A DNA stretch of 64,000 nucleotides, from assembly GCA_964187785.1 (NCBI GenBank), contig OZ076409.1, positions 14,324,001 to 14,388,000 of the forward strand. The letters are read 5' to 3'. This document shows, piece by piece, positions 50,031 to 60,300 of the stretch. A program made the position numbers and the translations under genes. The stretch is from Amphiscolops sp. MND2022 (lineage: Eukaryota). How positions within the stretch are numbered: the first letter of the stretch is position 1; each line of letters opens with the position of its first letter. Below the pieces are notes generated by a model, which was not told where the DNA came from, did no database searches, and was given only the letters and a program-made list of their open reading frames with translations.

Positions 50031-53000
50031 CCGCGATCAAGCTCGCAAACCAGTGGCAGCTCCTGAACCAGAAGGCGTGAAAGTCACTGCTGAAGACGTA
50101 ACTGATGGCGTGTTGGAGAGCTATCCAGGCATTCATCAGTGTGCGCACTGTGGAGTCTATGACCATGTGGATGTCCCCTGTAGTGAGCATTCTCAAGCTC
50201 CGAGGCCTAATGATGAATTGGCCTACAATCGATGGGCTGAAGTGGAATCCGCTGGTGTGGCCGCCCACACGGTACCCCTGGAAGATGATCGCGTATTAAT
50301 GCTACACCCAGCGGAGCCCCCAGCGTTTCACCCCCCACTGATAGTTACATGTGGGACAAAGCAGATTCAGACGTGCTTGGAGCCTACAACGTTCGATCCA
50401 CAAGGGAGAACGTTGATCTCGATTCATCTTATGCTGGCAGCCGAGCAGGTGCGTAGACCAACGTTAACCTTGGCGAAACTCTGGGTTGAGCTATCTGTCC
50501 TCTATAACCGGATGGAATTGCCCCGCCCAAAACAGTGGCACGTCCCTGGAGAGTCGGAGACCCTGACTACGTACTCGCCAGTACCAGTCTGTGCAACGAT
50601 GGACGGCGTGGCCGTGAAGTTCGAGGCCTGTGTGGTGGTAGATGTATTCCCACCCGGCTTATGCTTGGGACCTCAAGAGCTGAAATGCTATAATATCAAC
50701 CACCAAGAACCCACCGGGGAAGCGCGAATAGATGAGCGTGCGTCGCTCGTTGTCTCCTTTGTGGTGCCTCATGCGGCACCTGTCCCACTGCGAGGCCTGG
50801 TGGACACTGGTTCCGGAGTATCCATACTAACCTTCTCCGCCTTCAACCGAGTAGCTGCACGGACCAGAGCGGTCCTGAAACCCTATCAAATTGATTTGTA
50901 CGCTGCCAATGGGAAGACAATAAAGACTTTCGGGTTGGCTGAGCAGATACGCTTCCAGTTGGGAGGGTATGAACTCGAAACCAATTTCGTCGTGGTAGAT
51001 GACGCAATGGGCGTGGAGGACTTTCTGTTGGGTCGAAACTTCCTCCGTTCCTACCAAGTCTTGGTAGATCTAACCTCCATGAAGATAGTGGTGCGAGCAC
51101 CCGTGAAGCCCGTCTGGCATCATGCACACACCCAGGTAGGTGACGCTTCGTTAACTACCCCCATTACCCTGGACAGTGACCTAGTCCTACAGTCTTTCGA
51201 GCGTACAGTGGCAAAGGCCAAACTTGTCACCAACGCGCTTGAACCATTAATCTTCCAGACCGTTGCGCTTAACGCCTCGTTGTCTGATCCCTCATTGCAA
51301 AATACCATCTTTTTAGAGGACAGCGTGGCCACTGTCAGTGAGACAGGAACACTGTATGTGAGCCTGGTAAACCTCACCAGCAACCAGCAGCGTGTACGAT
51401 GTGGTGCCCACCTAGGCACGGTAGTGCCTGTGTCTCTAGTATACCAGGCTGTGCCCCAAAAGCTGGATGCTACTGTGGAAGCTGACCACAAAACTGAAGC
51501 CGACAACAGTCGAGCAAATTTTGTTTATAAAGTATACAGTGAAATGAATCTATCCACTGCTTCTGAGTTAACTTCTTCATCTGAATTTGAGTTTTTGTCT
51601 TCTACGGATCCAAGTGAAGCGGGGCTTTCGGAGCGCGAGATTCGCAAGCGCACCGATCCCGACCTATTGGCCCCGATCCCTGGGCCCGATTCTCAATTGC
51701 AAGAAGTCAAGAAACTCTGGGGCGCTAGCGCCTGCGAGTCCTTAGACAACATTCTTAACGAGTTTGATAACCTATTCATGAAACGCAAGGCGGATATTGG
51801 CCGCTGTACCATTGCTAAACACACCATAGAGGTAGAGCCTGAGGCTGTACCGCACCGTGTAGGTGCTCGGAGAATGTCCCCCGAAAAGGCTGAACGAGCC
51901 AACAAGGAGGTTCGGAGCTTATTGGCCTTAGGGATGATACAACCTTTACTGTCCCCATGGGCAAGTGGTATCGTAATGGTAAAAAAGAAAAGCGGGGAGT
52001 TACGCTTTTGCTGTGACTTCCGACCGCTGAATGAAGTAACCATTAAGGATGCCTACCCCCTGCCCCGTATCGATGAAAGCCTGGCGCGACTGGGCAATGC
52101 AAAGATCTACACCAGCATAGATCTTGCCTGGGCTTTCTGGCAAATTCCCTTGCGAAAGGCGGACCGCCACAAAACAGCCTTTGTCTGTGAGTTGGGACTC
52201 TTTGAATGGCGAAGAATGCCATTTGGCTTGTGCAATGCATCAGCCACCTTCCAGCGAGCAATAGCGCGAGCGCTGCAAAAAATAGTCAATCGCAAAGGCA
52301 GCATGGTCATGGCATACATCGACGACATAGTTATAGCAACTGAGACTGTGGAAGATCACATGGCGCGTTTGCGCGAGGTTTTTGAATGCCTCCGCGAAGC
52401 TGGCTTCAAGATGCGCGTAGCCAAATGCGACTTCATGAAACCAGAAATCAAATATCTGGGACGCGTGGTCTCAGCAGAAGGTGTCAAACCGGACCCGAAA
52501 GCTGTTGCCAAACTGCGCGATTGGGACATCCCCCGCAACAAAACTGAAATGCAAAGTTTCCTGGGATTCGCTAATTATTATCGTGAATTCATCCCGTGGC
52601 ATGCCAAGCTGGTGGCGCCCCTCCACGCCGTTACGGGACTGAATGCCATATTTGCATGGGGTCCTGACCAACAAAAAGCCTTCAACGAAATCAAGACAGC
52701 ATTAATCGAGGCGACTGCGCTCGCGCAGCCTAATTCCGAAGGAGAGTTTGTGCTGGACACCAATGCCAGCGCCGTTGCCATTTCCGGTATCCTACACCAG
52801 TGGCAAGGAGCTCCAGGAGAGCGACGCCTACGACCGATCATATACGGCAGCAAGAAACTGACCACCACCCAAGCCAAATATGGGGCACCCAAGCTGGAGA
52901 TGTTTGCTGCCTACTACTTCATGCTCAAGTACCACAGCTACCTTTGTCCCCGAAAGTTCACCCTGAGAGTCGACAACCAAGCCCTATCCTGGTTGAAAAC

Positions 53001-54078
53001 CTACTCCACGGACCAAGCATTGATTGGACGTTGGATTATGACACTGGACAGGTATCACTTTCGCGTGGAACACAGACCACGAACGCAACACCGCAATGCT
53101 GATGGCTTGAGCAAACGAACCAACGATTATCGATGCCGAGAACAGCAGCTTGCGCAGCTGCCAGCTACTGGAGAGCGTTGGAACTTCATCTCGGCCGAGG
53201 AATTCGACAACCTCCCCATAGCCACATGGTCCGACCTGCAAGGTCGAATCATTCCAAATCATCCTGACCTACCACCGCATCTGCAGAACTTGGAGCCTAA
53301 GGCTCCTGACCAGGCACTCCGTTTGCTTCGCCGTGTGCAACGAGCGAACAAGCGAAAACGACAGGCGAAGGCGCTAGCCGCGCCTTTACCGCCTCAGCCT
53401 CCACCCGTGCTACAGAAGCACGAGGACTTCTATCCAGACTATCCTGAAGACTGGATAGACGTCACCACTGAGGCGAGCGAGGATTACCTGCTGCCAACAC
53501 ATGCAGTAAATGTCCCCTCGCGCACCATCTATTCTGTGACGGGAACGAGTAACGCCATGCTACAGAACTCTCCTGGTGGCGTGTGCGAGTCGATCATGGC
53601 CCTCAAGGACATCGACACCGAGCTCCATGAACACACACATACCGTGCATGGGATCAAGGACTTGGTTTTAGCCCAAAACCGCGATGTCCATGTGCTAGCG
53701 CTGAAAAAGCTCGTGCAGTATGAATACCTAGATAACGATGTGTTTCCCGAGAACGTGCGTGAGTTCGCACGTAATTACTTCCGCCAGAAAAAGGATCTCT
53801 TGTTCATAAACAAGAATGATGTCCTTTGCGTGCAATACTCCCCCACCCAACGCCCACTGCACGAACGTCCGTGCATGATCATAATGCCTCAACTGTACCA
53901 GCACGAGATTTTGTTCCGCGCGCACGACGCAATGGGACACCGAGGTATCTCAAAAGTGGTAGCTCGAATTCAAGAGCGCCACACTTGGCCCGGCATACGG
54001 CGCAGTGTCGGTCGATACGTCGGCCAAGGCCTCACCTGCCAAAAAATACGTGACAAGCCTGGTGACGTACGATTCTAA
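49951..54078 (+). CDS. pol: Gypsy pol part 1: knuckle, pseudo-protease, protease, dUTPase-like beta domain, RT, RNase H, integrase Zn finger; ends at a premature stop
   Basis: LVDTGSG (50803) and LLGRNFL; SPWAS, LRFCCDFRPLN, MPFGLCNA, YIDD (52315); LDTNAS, VDNQAL, NADGLS; AHDAMGH...GLTC. Confidence 0.95.
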   Translation: MQPAARLPVGACYNCGQAGHFARDCPTRDQARKPVAAPEPEGVKVTAEDVTDGVLESYPGIHQCAHCGVYDHVDVPCSEHSQAPRPNDELAYNRWAEVESAGVAAHTVPLEDDRVLMLHPAEPPAFHPPLIVTCGTKQIQTCLEPTTFDPQGRTLISIHLMLAAEQVRRPTLTLAKLWVELSVLYNRMELPRPKQWHVPGESETLTTYSPVPVCATMDGVAVKFEACVVVDVFPPGLCLGPQELKCYNINHQEPTGEARIDERASLVVSFVVPHAAPVPLRGLVDTGSGVSILTFSAFNRVAARTRAVLKPYQIDLYAANGKTIKTFGLAEQIRFQLGGYELETNFVVVDDAMGVEDFLLGRNFLRSYQVLVDLTSMKIVVRAPVKPVWHHAHTQVGDASLTTPITLDSDLVLQSFERTVAKAKLVTNALEPLIFQTVALNASLSDPSLQNTIFLEDSVATVSETGTLYVSLVNLTSNQQRVRCGAHLGTVVPVSLVYQAVPQKLDATVEADHKTEADNSRANFVYKVYSEMNLSTASELTSSSEFEFLSSTDPSEAGLSEREIRKRTDPDLLAPIPGPDSQLQEVKKLWGASACESLDNILNEFDNLFMKRKADIGRCTIAKHTIEVEPEAVPHRVGARRMSPEKAERANKEVRSLLALGMIQPLLSPWASGIVMVKKKSGELRFCCDFRPLNEVTIKDAYPLPRIDESLARLGNAKIYTSIDLAWAFWQIPLRKADRHKTAFVCELGLFEWRRMPFGLCNASATFQRAIARALQKIVNRKGSMVMAYIDDIVIATETVEDHMARLREVFECLREAGFKMRVAKCDFMKPEIKYLGRVVSAEGVKPDPKAVAKLRDWDIPRNKTEMQSFLGFANYYREFIPWHAKLVAPLHAVTGLNAIFAWGPDQQKAFNEIKTALIEATALAQPNSEGEFVLDTNASAVAISGILHQWQGAPGERRLRPIIYGSKKLTTTQAKYGAPKLEMFAAYYFMLKYHSYLCPRKFTLRVDNQALSWLKTYSTDQALIGRWIMTLDRYHFRVEHRPRTQHRNADGLSKRTNDYRCREQQLAQLPATGERWNFISAEEFDNLPIATWSDLQGRIIPNHPDLPPHLQNLEPKAPDQALRLLRRVQRANKRKRQAKALAAPLPPQPPPVLQKHEDFYPDYPEDWIDVTTEASEDYLLPTHAVNVPSRTIYSVTGTSNAMLQNSPGGVCESIMALKDIDTELHEHTHTVHGIKDLVLAQNRDVHVLALKKLVQYEYLDNDVFPENVREFARNYFRQKKDLLFINKNDVLCVQYSPTQRPLHERPCMIIMPQLYQHEILFRAHDAMGHRGISKVVARIQERHTWPGIRRSVGRYVGQGLTCQKIRDKPGDVRF

Positions 54079-54790
54079 TTGAAAAACATTCAGAGTGGCT
54101 ACTTCAACGAGCTGGCCCAATATGACCACTTAAAAATCTGCTCCTCTGATAACAACAACACTGGCATTTTGGTCATCATCGACCATTTCTCTAAATTTGC
54201 AGAGGCAGTCCCTTGTAGTCATCATGACTATGACGCAGTGACCACCTCACGATTGCTGCTGCAGAAATGGTTTGCCCGCCACAGCACCCCCACTCGCATG
54301 CAAACAGACAATGCCCCCAACCTTACTGCTGAAGTCTCTAATGAGTTTCTAAAGGCAGCTCACGTCACTAAGGTGACCTCCACTGCCGGACATCCACGAA
54401 CTCAAGGCTTGGTGGAACGGCAAAACCGCACCCTCTTAACCTTGTTGCGAGTCTTTTGCTCACGTCGCATGCGCGACTGGGACCAGTGCTTAGATGAAGT
54501 AATCGGTGCCTATAATTCCACCAGGCACGCCACTACAGGCTTCTCGCCCTATATGTTAACAAGGGGTGTTGAGAATGCAATTCCCCTCACCTTTTTATAC
54601 CCTGAATTTGCAGCCAAGTCCTTTGATACGCATGAAGCATACGTGGATCATGTGTTGGCTCGCCAACAAGAAATTCACGACTTGGTCCGGCGCAACACGC
54701 ACCAAGCCCAATTGCGCCAAAAACTGAAATATGATCGTGCTATCCGAGCACGAGTTTACCAGCCGGGAGAGCTTGTCTGGGTTTTTGCCG
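54079..54790 (+). pseudogene. pol: Integrase catalytic core (in frame after TAA at 54076-54078)
   Basis: QYDHL, IIDHFSK, QTDNAP, GLVERQN (DDE triad), AYNST..HATTGFSPY. Confidence 0.93.
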
Positions 54791-54794
54791 CTAT

Positions 54795-57080
54795 GTGCCG
54801 CAAAAAGGCTCTCCCAAACTGATGCGCGCCTGGCGTGGCCCGCACAAAATAGTACAAGTCTTTCAAGAAGGACGTGTCTTTGTATTGGACACAGGCCAAA
54901 AGGTTCATTTTGAGCGCCTGAAACCTCATCATAGTGGGCCCCTTGAGCTCGCCACCGCGCAAGCGGACAGCGGCGAAATAGTGGTACTCATGGACCCTGA
55001 CCCTGAACATTCTGTTGAAGCAGTTGACGACGATAAGTCCCAGCCTTCATTTAAAACTGAACAACTACTTTCAGAAGCATCTGACGTATCCTTGCCTTCG
55101 CGCAAGCAACATTGGATGGATACCCGTCTGCGCACAAAGTTACGTGCTGGAGGCTCCCGCATGCACTACCAGCAATTCGACTACTCAACTTCGGGCACTG
55201 ACGACGAGTTGTCCGAAATCATGCTACCGATACCTCCTGATCCCGTTGATGCTGATCGCAGGGAGCCCGAACCCCAACTCCCTTCAGACCAATCAATATC
55301 ACCTGCCCATCATCTGCCTCAACTATTCTCCGACCATGAGCGCGCGCGCTCTCCGTCACCACGAATATCTTCTCCCGAAAAACAGCCCTCCTTACTGGGA
55401 ACATCGGCCCCACGACTGACAAATCCATCACTGACGAGTTTCCTCAACAACTATCCCATTTGGCCGGCCGCTCCTTCCCTTCCTCTGAAATCCGCCACTG
55501 AGGATGACGACGCTCAGTCCAATGTCCCTACTCTTCCCACAACATTGCCCGGAGCGGGGACCGCTCCTTCTTTCAAAAGGGGGAGGGGGAGACCACCCAA
55601 AACGCGAAAAAGGCTGGTCAGAGCGAAGGCAAGAACGAGGAAGAAAGAAACTACAACAACAATGCCGTCGGAAACAGCAATACCGACCGAGGCTTCCGAG
55701 GTCCCCCGATATCAACTGAGAAGCAGACGGCAGCCACGCTATAAGTGCGGGACCTGTGGGCTGCGAGACTGTGTTTGCTTGCTAGCCGTCAATGAGAACC
55801 GGAGGGTTCCCACTGGAGCCCGGGGAGTCCCTCCAGAGCGGGGAGAAAATCTAGTACATCGCCTTACGGTGAGAGCTGAAAAGACTTATTCCTCCCTGGA
55901 ACGACACGGAGACCATCCCGTGGATACTATCCTGGAGAAGTTATCACTACCTGGAGTAGCGAAGGCCCCATGTCCTCAATTCAAGGAGTGGACTAGCGAC
56001 GGGAAAGGGTTAGAGTTCACCCTCGCAACGGTGATGCCCCCAGTACCCAGCAATATTGCTTTTGGACCCTTCAACTTCGAGCGGGAGCCTGTGCAAATGG
56101 TCCGATGCATCACCGCTGATCTTCTCTGTGACAAATACGGAATTCACGTGGATCCGGGCGGAGTATACAGCCCAGCGCCGCACTGGTGGTTGCTGGTCAT
56201 TGCTCCACGAGTGGAGGCAATAGTGGAACCATTGCACCTGCTGTCCTGCTTGGAAGGTCTGAGGACCCTCACTACCGCGGACTTGATACTTTGCTTCCAC
56301 ATCATAGACTGGTATCGTGGCAAAGTGAAATTCGCGTGGTGGTTGGAGCTGATCATCACTTGTTTCCCCAATTATCCTCGCATTAGATTGCTGGACGAGT
56401 GGACTCATACTTTCGAGATTCCGCTTCCTCCGAAAGCCGTTTTGAGCACCCTAGACACATGGGTTAGGGCGGGCAGTGATAACCGAGCGATGCCACGCTC
56501 GGTATGGCAAGACCTGGCTGCAATCCAGGGGCGTACGCCCCGCGTATGCTTGCCTGTCGACAATGGGCCGGGGAGAGAGATTATCTACCCGGGAATCCTG
56601 CATCCAGCCCCAACAGAGCACCTCTCATATGATGTGACTGATTTTCTTCAAGTAAAAGGTGATATGGTGTTAGCGTGTCCCGCTGACCTAGAGACCAACT
56701 CAGCTGCCCTACGGTACGTGCTACGAGAATGCGGCAAGGAGAACGTATTCTCCTTACGTCCTAAGGTGGGGGACATTCTCACCATTCCTCCCGATATCAA
56801 CCCAAACCCCAATCAGAGTATTCACTTGCTAATAATCAGAGCAAACCAGCGTGCGCCGCTGCTCGCAGACGACTACCTACGTTGTATGACACACTTGATA
56901 CAGCGTTTGATGGAGAAGGGATCCACGAGGGTCCACCTACCTATACTGGATCCAGAGCGACCCGCCCTCTCATTGGTAAACTTATACCATACCCTAACGA
57001 ATTTGCTGGAGGGCACTGGCATTCACGTAGTGCTGCATAACCGCGTGTATGTGTCCATTCTGAACATAGGGCTGGAGTAG
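54795..57080 (+). CDS. Integrase C-terminal extension: GPY/F motif, AT-hook, Cys cluster, two putative macrodomains
   Basis: Adding one T to the run at 54782-54786 joins VWVFCRYVPQKGSPKLMRAWRGPHKIV (GPY/F-like); KRGRGRPPK; CGTCGLRDCVC; two TARG1-like segments. Confidence 0.8.
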   Translation: MPQKGSPKLMRAWRGPHKIVQVFQEGRVFVLDTGQKVHFERLKPHHSGPLELATAQADSGEIVVLMDPDPEHSVEAVDDDKSQPSFKTEQLLSEASDVSLPSRKQHWMDTRLRTKLRAGGSRMHYQQFDYSTSGTDDELSEIMLPIPPDPVDADRREPEPQLPSDQSISPAHHLPQLFSDHERARSPSPRISSPEKQPSLLGTSAPRLTNPSLTSFLNNYPIWPAAPSLPLKSATEDDDAQSNVPTLPTTLPGAGTAPSFKRGRGRPPKTRKRLVRAKARTRKKETTTTMPSETAIPTEASEVPRYQLRSRRQPRYKCGTCGLRDCVCLLAVNENRRVPTGARGVPPERGENLVHRLTVRAEKTYSSLERHGDHPVDTILEKLSLPGVAKAPCPQFKEWTSDGKGLEFTLATVMPPVPSNIAFGPFNFEREPVQMVRCITADLLCDKYGIHVDPGGVYSPAPHWWLLVIAPRVEAIVEPLHLLSCLEGLRTLTTADLILCFHIIDWYRGKVKFAWWLELIITCFPNYPRIRLLDEWTHTFEIPLPPKAVLSTLDTWVRAGSDNRAMPRSVWQDLAAIQGRTPRVCLPVDNGPGREIIYPGILHPAPTEHLSYDVTDFLQVKGDMVLACPADLETNSAALRYVLRECGKENVFSLRPKVGDILTIPPDINPNPNQSIHLLIIRANQRAPLLADDYLRCMTHLIQRLMEKGSTRVHLPILDPERPALSLVNLYHTLTNLLEGTGIHVVLHNRVYVSILNIGLE

Positions 57081-57373
57081 CCCGCCCAAAACGCTTTTTG
57101 TTGCCCCCCCCCCTTTATTTAATTTACCCACCCCGATAATCGTTATACCTGGGAGGAAGTGTTAAACCATCCCATGAAATGATTACATTGTAACGTAGCG
57201 TTAGATAACTTCTATCTTTGTGTTCTAATTAGTTAGTTGAACTACAATTTAAACTTGTTGCGGTTCCCCTATGGAACCATCTTTGTACTATTGCTGCTGA
57301 GTGATGAGCCTTAAGCTCTCCCCACAATGCACTTGGTAAGCCTAACGGTAATCCTTTTTAGACCTATGATATA

Positions 57374-60300
57374 ATGGCTTATTACCCCAACAACACGGTA
57401 CCTATTTCCACGACGGGACCTCACGCCAAGAGGACTCAAGAATTGCCTGCGCGAGCGCAGAGGACTAATCAAGTCCAATACGTAGAAGAGCGATTGAGGA
57501 ACGGCCTCTCACCGTTAGCGGTAGCGGGCGTGGCCGCCCTACTCACCCAACTAGACACAATGCAGACGCTGCCTGGCGTATCCGTGTCTCTGGTGACGGA
57601 AGTAGCCGGTTACCGTCGCACCCTAACCTGCCAAAACAATGCGTGGGATGGCCACGATCTGACGCACCAGTTCCTGGATGAACGTTCTACCACAATGCTC
57701 GGGCCCAGCCAGGGCACGAGATTCGAGCAAGAAGCCTCACTGTGTATGGTGCCTGCCAGCGTAGCAACAATGCCTCCTCCTCAGATGGTCGCACTGCCCC
57801 CACCAGCGCCAAATCCAGTACCAATGACGCCAACTTATTCCGGTTCGCCTGCCTTTGGAACCTCATATCGAGCACCACACATGGTACTGCAAACCACTAC
57901 TAATGCACCAGTCTCTGATCGGGAGCCCTCGGGGTCCCGGTTACCACCCATACCCAACCCAGAGCTGACGGGAAGGAGTACCAGCGAACAGGCCGTAATT
58001 GTGGCCTTGCAAGCAGTGGCGAACTATCCCAACTCCACCGATTTCGTCCGTGCCGTGGAGCAGAGAATCCCTGGATTAGCCACGTATCTGAAAGCTGCTG
58101 CTCAGCCCGCGGGCTGTGACCCTCCTGCTCCCCTAGTCGAAACGGCATCTATGGATATGGAAATTGTCGCTGGACCGAGTAACAGCGCAAGCGCTGCCTC
58201 TGGCACACGAGAAGAAGCGGGGAGAAAGCGGCTAACTGAAGAAACTGTCTCAGTTACCCCAGCTGGCTCGGTAACCGAGAGCCCAACTAGTCGTCCCCCT
58301 CCCGACAAGCGCGCTGATGTACCTCGGCCCCAGCTGAAGAGTGTGGTCATCCCTAGGCCCCCGTACCGGGTAGGTCATCTAGGCCGAAGCGCACCTCAAA
58401 TGTCTTTAGCAGACGCGATCGAACAGTATGGAGATCCCGATGCAGGCTCGGAAGTGAGCTCTGTGCCCTCGGGCACCAATCCAATAGATATGTCCCTGGA
58501 GATACCTGAGACGGTGGAGGAAGCCCATCCTCCAGCCTTTCTCCCTCCATCTGACGACGTATCCGGCTCAGTAGTCACCAATGATAGCAAACGCATTTGG
58601 ATGGCGGCTGAGCATCTTTACCCCAGTCAATGCGCTATCAAGAAAAGGACCCCTCCAACTGAAACGGAGCAAAAGGAGATCAACCGGACCACGATACCGG
58701 CGCAAGTCACGCGTTCGCTCCGCCCCCGTGACGCAGACATGTCGGAGCAGGCTTGGGAACAGCGTGCTCGAGAGCAGCTGCCTATGACAACCAACGATTA
58801 CATGGCGCCCCTGCAACACAATATCACTGAGCAATTCCCCGCACGGTATGTGTTGCGAGAAGGTGAGACATGGGAGGCGAACGCCCGTTACGCTCGCAAC
58901 CTGAGATCTTTGAAACCCCTATTGAAAGCAGCTCTGCAGCGTGCGCGCTACTGCATGGCAGTTGATTCTACTTGCCGAAGTGACCTCCCTATTGACAATT
59001 TAATGCCTGACGTGCTGGTGCTAACTATGCCCCTGTCTCGCTTCGCTGAGGTCGCTGAGATGGTTGGAGCCATATACGATCCAAACTTAAGAGAATCACA
59101 AAAGGAACCACCCCCACAGCGAGTGATCTTTGCCAATCTTCTGGATCACATGGCTTGCGAAGGATTGCTGCATGACCTGGACGCCATAATGTCCAATGTC
59201 CGACGACTTGGAGACATTGCCGCCCTGGTAAACGAGGTGGTCGGTGCAATGGAACGTGCCGCAGGGATCCTTCGGGGTCGTCTGGGAGCGCTCGCGCTCT
59301 TTGTATCCCCACCAGGATTCATGTATTGGCCACGAAGTCTGCAGCAGTTCGTCTACATTCTGCTGGAGGTGTGCAAGGCGCGCAGAGTCGAATTCACCAT
59401 CTGTGCACCGAACTTGCGCGTGGACCGAGAGGACCTGCGCCCAGATACCTTATCGTATCCAGCCTTCTTTGCCGCCGTATCTAGAGCGCTTGTGGCTATA
59501 GAACGCTCGGGAAACGCCCAGCTAACCATTGACGATGCTATCCTCTATGATTATGGAATGCGGATGGGCAGACTGGCCTTTGACCTTGACGGCAACCGCA
59601 TTGCCCGAGAATCTAATGTAACCGAACGAGAGGCTGTTCGCCGGTACAATTGGCTAGTGCGAAGAGATAAAGAAATCCCAGTGCGCGCAGAATTAGCCGA
59701 CCTGACAAAACAAATTGGTGCATGGCCTGCAGCGCGCACCGTCGAGAGAACAATTCCTCAGATCCACTTCGCATTGGGAATCGAGCCCGTGAAGCTGCCT
59801 GTAGGGCTGCGGTGTATCGTAGCAATGGAAGCAACAAACCTGAAAGCAGAAGTCGACGCCGCAGCCACAACTTATGCTTATTGGTACCAGACTAGGTTTG
59901 CCACCAGAACTCTGGCAGAAGTAGCTCGAGAGCTCAATTGTCCATTGGAAGCCTTCTGTACCAGTCTTGGTCTAGGATGGAACCTAGAGGTACTAACTTC
60001 TGAGTTCTCGCTGACCCGTACGCAAACGGACAAGCTGCTAGAAACAATTGGAGAGGCAACCGTCGGAGAAATACTAGCGCTCGCGCTAGCGATGGGCCCA
60101 ACCAAGTTTGTAGCCGGACCACTGGCCTTGTTAGCCGACATGGTAATTGCCTGCGACCTCACCGTGTTCTACAGCTACTTGGTCCTGGCACAAGGACAAC
60201 TACGCAGTCTGACCCGTTGGGGACACTTGATGACTTCCGAGGACCAGCAAGACTATTCCGCCCAACTGGAACGCATGCGTGCGTCAATCCAGCACTGGCT

